A DNA stretch of 64,000 bases from Eledone cirrhosa (GCA_964016885.1 OZ024749.1:33914001-33978000), one strand, 5' to 3'. Numbered from the stretch's first letter, positions 28,335 through 41,981 are shown. Notes: generated by a model not told the origin, from the letters alone. Translations and numbers: made by a program.

Positions 28335-28437
28335 TATATACATATATATATATACATATATACGTTGTATATATATATATACATATATATATATATGTTG
28401 TATATATATATATATATATAAATATATATATATATGT

Positions 28438-28473
<36 letters not shown>

Positions 28474-28479
28474 TTTCTA

Positions 28480-28695
28480 GTCGATCGACTTTCGTCAAAT
28501 CGGACCGAGGAAACCATGTTTCCGTTGGTCTTTCCAATTGCTAATACTATCTATCGGTCGCAACTCCAGGTAGAAGGAGCAACGTGAAATAAAGTGTCTT
28601 GCTCAAGGACATAACGCATCGCCTGGTTCAGGAATCGAACTCACAACCTCACGATTGTGAATCCAATACTCTAACCACTCAGCCACACGCCTTCA

Positions 28696-28697
<2 letters not shown>
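28480..28697 (-). mobile_element. tRNA-derived SINE family C, full length
   Basis: Minus strand A-box TGGCTGAGTGG, B-box GTTCGATTCC, then TGTCCTTGAGCAAGACACTTTATTTCACGTTGCTCC, tail GGTCCGATTTGACGAAAGTCGATCG. Confidence 0.85.
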
Positions 28698-28736
<39 letters not shown>

Positions 28737-28816
28737 GCTGTATATATATATATATATTTATAAAATATTTTTGTCTTCAAATTTATTATTATTACTATAT
28801 ATATATATATATATAC

Positions 28817-28862
<46 letters not shown>

Positions 28863-28889
28863 GTATATGTATATATATATATATGTATA

Positions 28890-29034
28890 TATAAAATATT
28901 AAACAAATAATGAATAAACAATTCCTTATATTAAACAAAAAAAGTTCATTATTTAACGAATAATGAACTTTTTTTGTTTAACTTTTTTTGTTTAATATAA
29001 GGAATTGTTTATTCATTATTTGTTTAATATTTTA
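28890..29034. repeat. fold-back palindrome with nested internal hairpin at the head of a TA island
   Basis: ATAAAATATTAAACAAATAATGAATAAACAATTCCTTATATTAAACAAAAAAAGTT / AACTTTTTTTGTTTAATATAAGGAATTGTTTATTCATTATTTGTTTAATATTTTAT. Confidence 0.85.
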
Positions 29035-29168
29035 TCTTGACTCTGTATACCGTTTATCTTTCACCGAAAGTGGTTTTTCATTACATCTCTTCTTTCCATG
29101 ATATCCGGAATACATTGAGTTCTTCATACGGATTGGACACTACCGTAAACTCTTGGTAGATTTATCTA

Positions 29169-29218
<50 letters not shown>

Positions 29219-29775
29219 CATATATATATATACATATGTATATATATATATATGCAGCGTAACAACAATTCATGGTAGGAGTATTTACAAGTGTTTATTT
29301 GTTTGTATATTATTAATTAATCTTTTTTTCATTTATTATTTATTTAAAGAGAGAAGGATAGTGCCCTTGGCCCTTTTCAGAGCCCGCGAAATATTTGTGA
29401 ATAGTTGTGAAGATGAAGAGAAACAGAATGAAGGTGGGGTACTTTGAATCTGAACTGAAATCAGTTCTAAACAGTTGCAACAGAGTGGCCATCGTTAAAC
29501 TCCCACAAGAGCTAAATGGTGGTTTTGAAATTCCCCGGATATAAGAAATGGAAATACATAAAATTATTCAATAAAATACAACTCGTATGTAAATGTTTTC
29601 AGTTTATATATAATTTGACTTTATTGTCTATTTATATAATCTTCCTTTTACTGATTTCTTTATTCACTTATTTATTTTGTACATGCTTGGTGTCGATGAT
29701 GAGTCAAAGATGCCCTGAAGAGGTCGATATTTTATAATGTTTGCAGATCTCTATTTTAAGCTATCTATACGCTAG

Positions 29776-30265
29776 CTAGAATGGCTCTCTAGAATGGCTC
29801 TCTAGAATGGCTCTCTAGAATGGCTCTCTAGAATGGCTCTCTAAAATGGCTCTCTAAAATGGCTCTCTAGAATGGCTCTCTAGAATGGCTCTCTAGAATG
29901 GCTCACTAGAATGGCTCTCTAAAATGGCTCTCTAAAATGGCTCTCTAGAATGGCTCTCTAAAATGGCTCTCTAAAATGGCTCTCTAAAATGGCTCTCTAG
30001 AATGGCTCTCTAGAATAGCTCTCTAGAATGGCTTTCTAGAATGGCTCTCTAGAATGGCTCTCTAGAATGGCTCTCTAGAATGGCTCTCTAGAATGGCTCT
30101 CTAGAATGGCTCTCTAGAATGGCTCTCTAGAATAGCTCTCTAGAATGGCTTTCTAGAATGGCTCTCTAGAATGGCTCTCTAGAATGGCTCTCTAGAATAG
30201 CTCTCTAGAATGGCTTTCTAGAATGGCTCTCTAGAATGGCTCTCTAGAATGGCTCTCTAGAATGG
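29776..30265. repeat. 13-bp minisatellite (CTAGAATGGCTCT)~38
   Basis: Highly homogeneous; variant pair AATAG..CTTTCT recurs three times. Confidence 0.95.
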
Positions 30266-30372
30266 TCTCCCTCACCATCCTCCGAGGAAACGTCTTCTCT
30301 ATTCTGTCCAACGGGCGGCCAGTCCGCCAGGGCCGCGGGGCGACCAGCCCATGGACACGCATTCGCTGATAA
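30248..30372 (+). mobile_element. probable CRE-like (RLE non-LTR) retrotransposon 3' end
   Basis: Translation EWLSRMVSLTILRGNVFSILSNG resembles the CRE-clade C-terminal QRLSLAIQRGNA.SIL motif; ends TGATAATAAT. Confidence 0.55.
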
Positions 30373-30555
30373 TAATTGTTTCTACTTTTGGCACTTACCC
30401 AGTACATTACCGGTTCTTTACTTTATCGACCCCGTAAAAGGATGAAAGGCAAAGTTAATCTCGACGGGATTTGAACTCAGACCGTAAAGGGAGGTAACTA
30501 TGCTAGAAAGCAGCATGACGTCCGACCCTCTATCGATACTGCCAATACACCGATC
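30369..30555 (-). mobile_element. SINE family A copy
   Basis: Family A consensus with a small deletion. Confidence 0.8.
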
Positions 30556-31115
30556 CTATCAGAGATATGGGGAGAGCGGGAGAGACGAAGGCAATAACAG
30601 TTGAGGTTTGATTCCTTTGTGTTCGGATCTGGTGTACATGTATATTTTTCCCGTACACACAATAAATAGAGAGCGGAAAGGGAAAGCCGTATATATAATA
30701 TAACTTCAATCTAACTAAATCTTTGTTCCTCAGTGAACATTATTACATCAGAATATATCACGGTAGTGCAAGACCATAAATATTCATAAAGAAATTTCAC
30801 TATTTTGGTTTATGTACAGCGTTCACGTGGCGCTTAGAGAAAATACGTCCTCACTTCATATCGATTTCGCAGCGAGAAAACGATAAAGTTTTATTCTCGG
30901 CAGAATTTAATTCTTAAATACGAGTTTGTTAGGAAGTAAGATGAAACTACAACTAGAAAATTAATTCTGGTTATAAACAATAAACACAAATTATGCAGAA
31001 TAGGTGGACTAACAGAATCAGTCTGATGAGCCAGTGGTATTTTGGTGGGTGTGCAGTATATAGACACACCCAGAATACATACATATATGTATATACACAT
31101 ATACATCTATGTGTG

Positions 31116-31152
<37 letters not shown>

Positions 31153-31167
31153 TTGAATATGTATATC

Positions 31168-31229
<62 letters not shown>

Positions 31230-31295
31230 AATATGTATATCTGAATATATATATATATATGAATATATATATATATATGAATATATATATATATA

Positions 31296-31357
<62 letters not shown>

Positions 31358-31371
31358 TATATATATATATA

Positions 31372-31419
<48 letters not shown>

Positions 31420-31473
31420 TATATATATATATATATGAATATATATATATATATATGAATATATATATATATA

Positions 31474-31505
<32 letters not shown>

Positions 31506-31512
<7 letters not shown>

Positions 31513-31695
31513 TTATTGTGCGGCAGAGTGCTATATGCAGTACAAGCACTTTAAGCGGGTAATTAAGAGTATTATGGAGGTTATAGTGGTAAGGTATATA
31601 AATACCTTACCACTACAACCTCCATAATACTCTTAATTACCCGCTTAAAGTGCTTGTATTGCATATAACACCCTGCCGCACAATAACCATATATA
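31506..31695. repeat. fold-back palindrome, ~92-bp arms, 4-nt loop, left arm abutting (TA)n
   Basis: 31506-31597 inverted to 31602-31693 with about 4 mismatches. Confidence 0.9.
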
Positions 31696-31990
31696 AATAA
31701 GACACACGTGCATGCCCCACGTGTAACTAATGCATACAATAACTACTACAACTGACTAACAAACTATCCTCTTGCATTATATACGTTAACTGCCGATGTT
31801 GTATTTTAATTTTAATTTTGCTTTGACTCTGTTTTAATATGTTTTAATATGATTTTAATTTTTGAATTTAAATTGCCATTCAGAAATAATATAATATATG
31901 TCACCCCACTGTGCATCAATATATATATATGTATATGTATGTCTCTTGCGTTGGAAAGGGGGTCATGTATGTATACAAACATTGAAAAAT

Positions 31991-32035
31991 GCTCCGAAGA
32001 CTCCAAGCCTCGGTTCGGATGAAACAATTGTAAGC
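31991..32035 (+). ncRNA. hammerhead-like motif with CCGAAGA core
   Basis: GCT-CCGAAGA-CTCCAAGCC TC GGTTCGGA T-GAAA CAATTG TA-AGC; homologue of 37393-37441. Confidence 0.65.
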
Positions 32036-32579
32036 TAATAAATGGTTTGAACATAACTTTGATTCCTGTGAATTCTATATAACTGCTCTGTAGAATAACT
32101 GATGTTATTACTTTGAGCTATTTATCTTACTGGTAATAAGGTAGTAATAAATTACTGACCTTCACTGTTTAGGGTTTAAAATATATATAACTATAAAAAG
32201 TTTTAGTATATACATAACCATAAATAGTATCGTTAATACTATATATATATATATATGAATATATATATATATATATATATGAATATATATATATATATGA
32301 ATATATATATATATATATATGAATATATATATATATATATGAATATATATATATATATATATATGAATATATATATATATATGAATATATATATATATAT
32401 ATATATATATGAATATATATATATATATATATATATGAATATATATATATATATGAATATATATATATGAATATATATATATATATGAATATATATATAT
32501 GAATATATATATATATTTATATGAATATATATATATATATATATGAATATATATATATATATATGAATATATATATATA

Positions 32580-32651
<72 letters not shown>

Positions 32652-32664
32652 TATATATATATTC

Positions 32665-32699
<35 letters not shown>

Positions 32700-32837
32700 C
32701 ATATATATATATACATATATATATGAATATATATATATACATATATATAAATATATATATATACATATATATATGAATATATATATATACATATATATAT
32801 ATACATACACACATTTATATATTTGAATATGTATATC

Positions 32838-32893
<56 letters not shown>

Positions 32894-32990
32894 TATATAT
32901 ATATATATGAATATGTTATATATTTGAATATGTATATCTGAATATATATATATACACATTTATATATTTATATATTTGAATATGTATATC

Positions 32991-33091
<101 letters not shown>

Positions 33092-33125
33092 ATATATATC
33101 GATACCGAGGACAATAAAACTAAAA

Positions 33126-33194
<69 letters not shown>

Positions 33195-33726
33195 ATGTTT
33201 CACAATTTTATTAGGAACGGAAGAAAAGGTGGGAGAAAATGGCAGGAAATAAATGCTAGTGACAAAGATGTAAATTCAAATGATATCGAAAATATGAGTG
33301 CACTGTATCACCTTGACGTAACCAAAGGTATTTATAAATATCAACTGCCTTACTCAGACACTGCGCATCTTTCAATGCAATTCTACTGAATTGTCTGAAA
33401 GCTTTTCCGTGTTTTAGTGGCGTACAATTTCGATGTTGTTTTTATTCGCATCGATCTGTGTACATTTTAGCAGTCTTCCTCATCCATTTACACTGAAATG
33501 AGATTCCTCTCATAAACGAAGTTATTTCCGTAAAACTTTTCTCTCGGTTTGATTTATAACTTTCTATTTGTGTTATGACGCCAGTCGTATAAACTTATAC
33601 GATTGTGAAATAGCATAGCTGTGTCTGTGTATTTGTGTGTATCTGTGTGTATGTGTATGTATGAATGAGTGTATGCGTGTGTGTGTATGAAGGAGAGAGA
33701 GAGTGTGTGAGAGAGAGAGAGCTGTG

Positions 33727-33791
<65 letters not shown>

Positions 33792-33949
33792 CTGTGTGAA
33801 ATTTTATGTGTGTATATATGTGTGTGTGTGGGTGTGTGAGCGTGTGTGTGAATGTGTGTGTATGTGTGTGTGAGTGTATATGTGTGTGTGTAATAGTGTG
33901 CATGTGTGTATGAACGCAGCATGGCTGATTGGTTACGACGTTAGCTTGA

Positions 33950-34870
33950 CAAACACCAGGCAATGCTTTCTACCCTGGACTGAAACATCATGAGCAAGAC
34001 ATCTTTGTTGTACAGGGATGGCCATCCTTCTAGTCGTGAACCCTCAGTCAGCTCTCCGTCTCATATATCACTGGGAATGCGATCTGAGGTCATTTTCCTG
34101 ACATGGCTGAACCAACAAAAGTGCCTTTTGTTGAGAATTGTGAACATACTGATCTCAGCGTTTGATATCTTTTCTTGCCATCGGTTCTGGCTAATGCGTC
34201 TGACCTACCAAGTTATAGACATTAAGTTTCCTATCGTGACTCGCGTATATGCTCCATGCCTCGTGTGGACAACCTTTTTTCCAAGAGTGATACAGCTTCC
34301 TTGGTACTACACGCATCTTGCTGACCACAAGGGAGTGGTCCGCATGACAGTTTACGGGTAAGAAGGATACTGAAAAGTTCCACACGCCTGGTTATGACTA
34401 AGTCAAGCTGGTGCCAGTGGTGGGAATGCGGGTGTCTTCATGACACTTGATGGATGTTCTTACACACTCAGTCACACATAGGCCATGAAAGCAGCACAGT
34501 TCAAGAATTCGTTGGCCATTCTTGCTGATTTTGCCACTACCACGGAGACCAAGGCAAGTGGGTCAAGCCTTGTGGTCAGATCCCACCCTGGCATTGAAAT
34601 ATCCAAGAAGATAGAGAACTTTAGTTTTGAATATGCTCTATATTGGAATAGAGGATTGGGGCGTACGCACTGATGATGTTGGCTGGGTCTTGAGATGCTG
34701 TCAGTCGGAGAGGTAGGATCCTCACGCTCCTAAATGGTGGTGGCCCAATACAGGCTAGCAGTGTGTTCTTCACAGCAAAGCTGACACCATGCTGACGGGA
34801 CTCATCTGAGGGCTTCCCTTGCCAGAAGAAGGTGTATCTTGCTCCTCCGACAGTTCTGCTGTCATCGAGT
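33950..34870 (-). mobile_element. RTE-clade LINE fragment, APE endonuclease region, frameshifted
   Basis: Minus translation YTFFWQGKPSDESRQHGVSFAVKNTLL..IISAYAP..LLGYFNARVGSDH..HPHSHHWHQLDLVITRR..DHSLVVSKMR. Confidence 0.9.
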
Positions 34871-35083
34871 CATTTAAACTATGGATAGCAGAATGATGGA
34901 GTAACAGAAACTAATGCATTAGTCCTGGCCCTGAAAATTAAATTTTCTATCCAGACTAAATGCTATTTTCACTGTTTAACGTTTTAGTCTACACTCTAAT
35001 TTACTTGGGTTGGTATTTTAATGATACTGACTTCATTAAATTATGGAGTGAGTGAGAAAACGATCGCAGGTGTATCGTTTCAG

Positions 35084-35132
<49 letters not shown>

Positions 35133-35228
35133 GTATTAGCATAACTAGGCTGTAGTACCCCCGTGGAAACACTTGTAAGCACACGGAATAAATTACCTTT
35201 TTATGATATCTACCTGTTATTATTCATT

Positions 35229-35301
<73 letters not shown>

Positions 35302-35424
35302 GGTAAACATTGATGCAATTCAATTCAAGCACTCAACGTACTTTTTCCACATAGGAGTGACGGAGTAAATATCGAATAAGGAAAAGCGAAGTAGTTTCAG
35401 ATGTTCAAGTCCTTTAATAATAAT

Positions 35425-35494
35425 GCTGTGATATTTCAATGACGACACTGGCCACACTGTTCTGTGTGCGAGTGTCGTGTCATCATCAGACAGC
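35425..35494 (-). ncRNA. type I hammerhead ribozyme motif
   Basis: Minus strand GCTGT-CTGATGA-TGACACGACACT CGCACAC AGAACA GTGTG GCC AGTGTCGTCAT T-GAAA TA TC-ACAGC; 5-bp stem I, long stem II, AUC triplet. Confidence 0.8.
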
Positions 35495-35812
35495 TTGTTA
35501 CATAATAAGGTTGTTTCCGAGGCAATCCAAATTGAATCGACATGGGAACGGACGAAGTTCGTGCATTTGGGTATTTCATCCGTTCCCTTGGGAACGGAAG
35601 AAAAACCCAAAAGCACGAACTTCACTGGAGTGAAATTTTAGTAAGTAAGTTAATTTTATAATTTTCTTATTTTACGTCTCTCATATTATTGTTCTGCATC
35701 TCCATGCATTGAACCACAAAGTTACTAAGACAAAACCTATATATTTGCTAGCATAAGTATGCATCTGTGTATATATATGTTACTAGATATATTAATTCTT
35801 TATATATATATA

Positions 35813-36024
35813 TAGTAATAATAATAAATTTGAAGACTAAAATCCAAAGAGGGCTCGATAAGGATAAATATATATCAAATATATAAGAACCGCAGAGCAA
35901 ATTTTTATTAAAATAACAGATTAAAGTTTAAGCAGAGAATCGCTGCTTTCACCCTTAACGGGATCTTCTGAAGATCCCGTTAAGGGTGAAAGCAGCGATT
36001 CTCTGCTTAAACTTTAATCTGTTA

Positions 36025-36032
<8 letters not shown>
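35813..36032 (-). mobile_element. family P1 copy with perfect 63-bp-arm palindrome centred on the HHR core (35969)
   Basis: ..CGGGATCTTC T GAAGATCCCG..; plus arm reads CTGAAGA-TCCC GTTAA GGGT-GAAA GCAG CGATTCT CTGC TT-AAACT; both arms share the private variant GCAGAG/CTCTGC. Confidence 0.9.
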
Positions 36033-36067
<35 letters not shown>

Positions 36068-36220
36068 GCAGTGGATTGGCAGTATCGGTAGAGGGTCGGA
36101 CGCTATGCTTTGCAGCATATAGTTATCCCACACAGGTTAACTTTGCCTTACATCCTTACGGGGTAATTGCTGGCCTTGTGCCAAAAGTAAAAACAATTAT
36201 ATATATATATACAAACTTAT

Positions 36221-36281
<61 letters not shown>

Positions 36282-36632
36282 TACATACATACATACACAT
36301 ATATATGCATATATATATATGTCTGTGTGTGTATGCCCACCCACTCACATACGCTGCAACTAATCCCCAGAAAAAAGATTTCAACAGCTTTATACTCATG
36401 TCTAAATCCGGTAAGATATTTATTTAGAGACACATTTCCTTACCGTATTAATATTCTATTCTATGGACAGCATATGGAGATAAATTGAACAGAAAATTTC
36501 GCCAAATATGACAAAAGAATCCCTCAGTATATTCCCAAATTTCATTACTAGCAAACTGAAGAAAATGTGTTTCATTATGAAGACTTATAAAGGAAAAAGA
36601 GTGGAAATATGAAGTTAGTGTGTAATGGCTTA

Positions 36633-36950
36633 TGAAAGTGCGTGGCTTTGTGGTTAGGGAATTCAGCTCCCGATCGTAAAGTCGTGAGTTCGATTCCCGA
36701 CAGCGTGTTGTGTGCTTGGGCAACACACTTACTTTATTCCACTTCACTCAGCTGGTAAAAATGACTTGTACCAGTAATTCGAAGAACCAGCCTTATCGCA
36801 TTCTGTGTCACACCGAATCTCCCCGAGAACTACGTTACGGGTACGCATGTTTGTAGAATGCTCAGCCACTTGCACGTTAATTTCACGAGCAGGCTGTTCT
36901 GCTGATCGGGATCAACTGGAACACTCGTCGTCGTAATCGACAGAGTGCCT
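36633..36950 (+). mobile_element. tRNA-derived SINE family B, near full length
   Basis: A-box TGGCTTTGTGG, B-box GTTCGATTCC; tail AATTTCACGAGCAGGCTGTTC..CACTCGTCGTCGTAATCGACAGAGTGCC; fragments at 3120-3250, 38335-38455, 47165-47415. Confidence 0.85.
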
Positions 36951-37244
36951 TCTAGTATGTAGTGGCTTACAATGTGGCAATACTACATTTAACCACATCA
37001 ACGAAGGTAATATATATATATAGATACTTGAGTCTGATTTCGTATTACGAAGGAATAAGTTCTTGATCTGTAAACAGATGTAATTCACATATTTTAATAC
37101 ATGATGTTAGTAATAGTTTAAGCACCAGTTTCATAGATTAATGGCAAAGCTACTGATCATCGCTTTGAAACTGGCTGGCAATGCATGTATGTTTTATATA
37201 TATATATACATACATATACGCTCCCACAGGCACATAAACTGACA

Positions 37245-37358
<114 letters not shown>

Positions 37359-37392
37359 TTACAATAATCAAAGTTCAGTTTAAATCATTTAT

Positions 37393-37441
37393 TTGCTTAC
37401 AATTGTTTCCTCCAAACCGAGGTTTGGATTCTTCGGAGCAA
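37393..37441 (-). ncRNA. hammerhead-like motif with CCGAAGA core
   Basis: Minus strand TTGCT-CCGAAGA-A TCCAAACC TC GGTTTGGA G-GAAA CAATTG TA-AGCAA; 5-bp stem I, 8-bp stem II, palindromic stem III. Confidence 0.7.
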
Positions 37442-37944
37442 CTATTTAGTGATCTATAACATACTTGACCTCCTTTTCAACACAAGAGACATATAAAAAC
37501 ATATGCATATATTGACCCACAGTATATATATTTCCCACTCTACTACCCTAAGTATTGAGTATTCTGGTGCGTTATGGTCCAACTGGTTCCTTACCACAAT
37601 TATTTTGTTATATATATATATATATATATATATAGTAATAATAATAAATGTGAAGACTAAAATCCAAAGAGGGCTCGATAAGGATAAATATATATCAAAT
37701 ATATAAGAACCCTTGCGCAAATATTTATTAAAATAACAGATTAAAGTTTAAGCAAAGAATCGCTGCTTTCACCCTTAACGGGATCTTCTAAAACTAAAAA
37801 AAAATCAATCTATATATATATATATATATATATATATAACGAAGGAACTGTGGTAAGGAACCAGGTGGACCATAACGCACCAAAGTACTCAATACTTGAG
37901 GTAGTAGAGTGGGTAATAGGAACCAGTAAGACCCCTTACTGGTT

Positions 37945-37973
<29 letters not shown>

Positions 37974-37978
<5 letters not shown>

Positions 37979-38168
37979 AACAAGTAAGACCCCGACGGCT
38001 GAGCTCAAGCCGTTTCGACGGCTAATTCAGTCCAGAATTAGCCGTCGAAACGGCTTGAGCTCAGCCGTCGGGGTCTTACTTGTTCCTATTACCCACTCTA
38101 CTACCCTAAGTATTGAGTACTTTGGTGCGTTATGGTCCACCTGGTTCCTTACCACATTTCCTTCGTTA
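37974..38168 (+). mobile_element. family P2 copy, perfect 55-bp-arm hairpin containing an HHR 3' half
   Basis: Loop AGTCCA 38029-38034; right arm GAA ACGGCT TGAGCTC AGCCGT C GGGGTC = GAAA, stem III, GUC, stem I 3' strand. Confidence 0.85.
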
Positions 38169-38595
38169 TATAAATATATATATAAGTTTATCCCGGGTTC
38201 AAACATGCATTGTGTAGCTCACTTACTGTGGTTACCCACAGTAAGTAAGGTACACAATACATAGCAGAGTATAAATATTTAACATATAAATGGCTTCTAC
38301 AAGACTAGAACTGTTTCATTCATGCTGAATGTCTTTGAAAATTACGTTAACAGTTCACATATCGACAGAACTCTCAACTACTTCATGGTGAAGTTCACGA
38401 TCTGGACATTCCGTTGATTGAACAACGGGAAACACTCATCGCCGAGACCGACGGATGATCCATCTAGCAATGATGTATAAAACCATCAATAATACACTGG
38501 GCTCAGTTGCTTCGTCATCTATTGCCCCCACCTTCTCCCCGTCCTCCCCCATCAACAAACGTTAACACGTGACCGGAGGTGAAACACTGCAAACA

Positions 38596-39098
38596 GAAGA
38601 AGAAGAAGAAGAAGAAGAAGAAGAAGAAGAAGAAGAAGAAGAAGAAGAAGAAGAAGAAGAAGGCAAAGAAGAAGAAGAAGAAGAAGAAGAAGAAGAAGAA
38701 GAAGAAGGCAAAGAAGAAGGCAAAGAAGAAGAAGAAGAAGGCAAAGAAGAAGGCAAAGAAGAAGAAGAAGAAGAAGAAGAAGAAGAAGAAGAAGAAGAAG
38801 AAGAAGGCAAAGAAGAAGGCAAAGAAGAAGAAGAAGAAGGCAAAGAAGAAGGCAAAGAAGAAGAAGAAGAAGAAGAAGAAGAAGAAGAAGAAGAAGAAGA
38901 AGAAGAAGAAGAAGGCAAAGAAGAAGGCAAAGAAGAAGGCAAAGAAGAAGGCAAAGAAGAAGGCAAAGAAGAAGAAGAAGAAGAAGAAGAAGAAGAAGAA
39001 GAAGAAGAAGAAGAAGAAGAAGAAGAAGAAGAAGAAGAAGAAGAAGAAGAAGAAAGCAAAGAAGAAGAAGAAGAAGAATGATAATGATGACGGTGATG

Positions 39099-39130
<32 letters not shown>

Positions 39131-39137
39131 GATGATG
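38596..39137. repeat. (GAA)n polypurine tract with GGCAAA interruptions followed by (GAT)n
   Basis: Direct reading; source of the poly-E/K/F/S ORFs. Confidence 0.95.
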
Positions 39138-39824
39138 CTTTCATGAATATCTGAACTTTTAGATTATATTTAAATGGAGTTAGAGAAATTAATGTCATAC
39201 TTTTAAAGTAGGCAATGAAAGATGTGCAACTGCTAATTGGATATGATACTAAGTTACTAATTAACAGTTCCTGTTCCAGACTTGTTGACGTCGTTGTTAT
39301 TGTTGTTGTTATTGTTACTGTTAGCCCTAGGTCAGTGATGATCAAACAGGCCTAATAATCAAAGTTATTCCACCCGTTGATTATGTCTTTTCGATCATTC
39401 CGTTATTTTCTTGTGTTCACAGAGCTCAGGACCAGATCACCCAGCGTGTCTGTTTCTTTTTTTTTTTTTTTTTTGTTTATAGAAGTAGGATCAATTAAAT
39501 TTATTCCAGCAGACATAAGATCTAAGGCGTTCCAGTCGTGACCATCCTATCTTTCTCCAGACACATTATCAAATTCATCCTTTTTTTAAAATACGGTATA
39601 GGTAAAGTTTGAAAACAATTTGGATTGGCCAGCGATAATGTTGGTTCTTTGCCACGCCTTCTTTGTTGGCAGTAGCCAGTAAATTGCTGGAGTTGATAAA
39701 TGTTCCTTTCTTCTACTTCTTTGTCTTCTTCTTCTTTGCCTTCTTCTTCTTCTTCTTCTTCTTCTTCTTCTTCGCCTTCTCCACCTTCCCCTTCCTCTTC
39801 ATCTTTTTCATCTACTTCTTCATT

Positions 39825-40042
39825 TTCTTCTTCGGCAGAGCTTCCAACGGGTCCTATCAGAAGCAACCGTCTCCAATTGATCCGGCTGGATCCCCAAGCG
39901 AGACCAACCGAGCTCATGGATGTTATCTAGCCATCTTTCTAGGGGTCTACGCCCGGGTCTCCTGTCGGTAGCTTTTTCCCATAAAATCTATCCAGCGATT
40001 CTTTCCTGAGAAATTTGTTAACCACATGTCCGGAATATCCGA
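39825..40042 (-). mobile_element. RTE-clade (Expander/Rex3-like) LINE 3' end with GAA-rich tail
   Basis: Minus translation RIESSQLGYSGHVV..QERIA..RRPGRRPLERWLDNIHELGWSRLGIQPDQLETVASDRTRW. Confidence 0.8.
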
Positions 40043-40094
40043 GCTGTGAGCTCTCAATTCTTATATTTAATTTCCCAAAGAGTAATCTGTAATT

Positions 40095-40295
40095 ATTATG
40101 GTTTCTGATTTGGGAATAAGGCCAACAATTTTGATGGAAGGAGAAAGTCGATCAAATTGAACTCAGTACATTACTGGTGCTTTATTTTATCGACCCCGTA
40201 AGGATGAAAGACAAAGCTAACCTCGGCTGGATTTGAACTCACATATTAAAGGACGGTAACTCTATATTACAAAGCATGTTGCCTGACGCTCTACC
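40095..40295 (-). mobile_element. SINE family A copy, diverged
   Basis: Family A consensus. Confidence 0.8.
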
Positions 40296-40694
40296 GATTC
40301 TGCCAATCCATCCACCTGCGTTTATATCATAACAACAAAAAGGAAAAATAAATAATAAACGAGGCAGGGACAAACGCTAAAGCTTTGCTTGAACCACATA
40401 ACCCAGTTGCCACCGATGGACAAAATGATAGAAGCGTTATCGCAGAAAAGAGTCAGTGATACCCGCTCTATCAGTTATTTCACCTCACGGGGCTCCTTCT
40501 TCAAGCGTGTACAACACCTCTCGATTTGATGGAAGAAAATGGCACAGGAGGCTTCGATTGTGATTAATCAAGCTAAAATCAAATGTAAGAAATGAATGTT
40601 TTAACTTGATATTATCTATAACATCTTTACAGGCATAATTTTACAAACAATTTGCTAGTCTTTGCACCAGTTTACCGTAATTTCTCCTACACTA

Positions 40695-40747
40695 ATAACG
40701 ATAATGGGTATAACGATAATGGGTATAACGATAATGGGTATAACGAC
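40695..40747. repeat. 15-bp tandem repeat (TAACGATAATGGGTA)x3
   Basis: Direct reading. Confidence 0.9.
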
Positions 40748-41562
40748 ACATACTAATTACTAGTTATGGAATAGATATATGAAATCATTATCATATACTG
40801 TTTGTTATTCCAAGCGTCTGGTGTGTATTTTGTAGTTGCTGTTTCATTACAGTTAATTACAGTTTTAAAAGCGCGTTCTCAAGGAATTAGACAAGTTTGT
40901 TTGGCACATTTACAAATAAACCATCAGGAATATTATTTTATTTCTTAAGAAACATTTCCGATTTACAAACTCTGTTAATGTAGAAAACGTATATTGTTTT
41001 CTCCCCGAAGTCTATCTTGGCCAGTTTTATTTTACCTTTTAGTGTAAACACTCCGATTAGAAGTACTTGAAGCATTTTGTTAAGTAATTATAAATTTTCG
41101 CTGCGGGGGAGAACCTCGGAAAGTTCATTGAATAAAGAAGAAAAAGCTTTCCTGTAAAACTACACAAGGCCCTTCTCTCTGTAATTGAAACATCCCTATT
41201 ATCCGACCTCTCAATTCTCTAGAGGTTCCATGAAAATACTTTTAAACAAGTTTCTAGCAACATATGTGGACACACCCAACCTGTAAGTAAATGAATTTGC
41301 ACATAGATATACCCGGAGTTAAAACCATAATTAACTGATCCGCTTATATTTTCTTTTACCCAGAGCCATCTCTCTCTATATATAAAATATATATATATAG
41401 ATATAGGTAGAGAGAGGGAGAGAGAGAGATATATATATAGAGAGAGAAATAGATAGATATAGAGGGGGAGAAATATATAGATATAGAGGAGGAGAGAGAG
41501 ACCAGATAAATAGATATATATATAGAGAGAGAGAGAGAAAGAGAACGAGAGAGAGAGAGAAC

Positions 41563-41624
<62 letters not shown>

Positions 41625-41679
41625 GAGAGATAGATAGATATAGAGAGATAGATAGATATAGAGAGATAGATAGATTGAG

Positions 41680-41719
<40 letters not shown>

Positions 41720-41908
41720 TTGATTCGTAGAAATTATAAACGTTATGTATTAATTCGTACGTTAGAAATCGATATGGCCTTCGATTACTAAAAGTCCGTT
41801 GAGAAATTGTTCATGCCATGCGTCAGTCTTGGAATATAAAACGGTGAATATAGTGAAATGATATATTGTTCTGACTGAAATATTATACATACATGCATAT
41901 ACACATCA

Positions 41909-41981
<73 letters not shown>

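Noticed and set aside
28600-28697. tRNA genes at SINE heads
   Set aside because: A/B boxes present but no full cloverleaf, and each continues into a shared SINE body
22143-30265. CRISPR-like arrays at 22143 and 29776
   Set aside because: No unique spacers, no cas genes, eukaryotic context
38515-39345. Poly-E/K/F/S ORFs
   Set aside because: (GAA)n tract artefact
40760-41220. Unique sequence with an LRR-like minus-strand peptide (NNIPDGLFVNVP)
   Set aside because: Stops in all frames and no repeat periodicity
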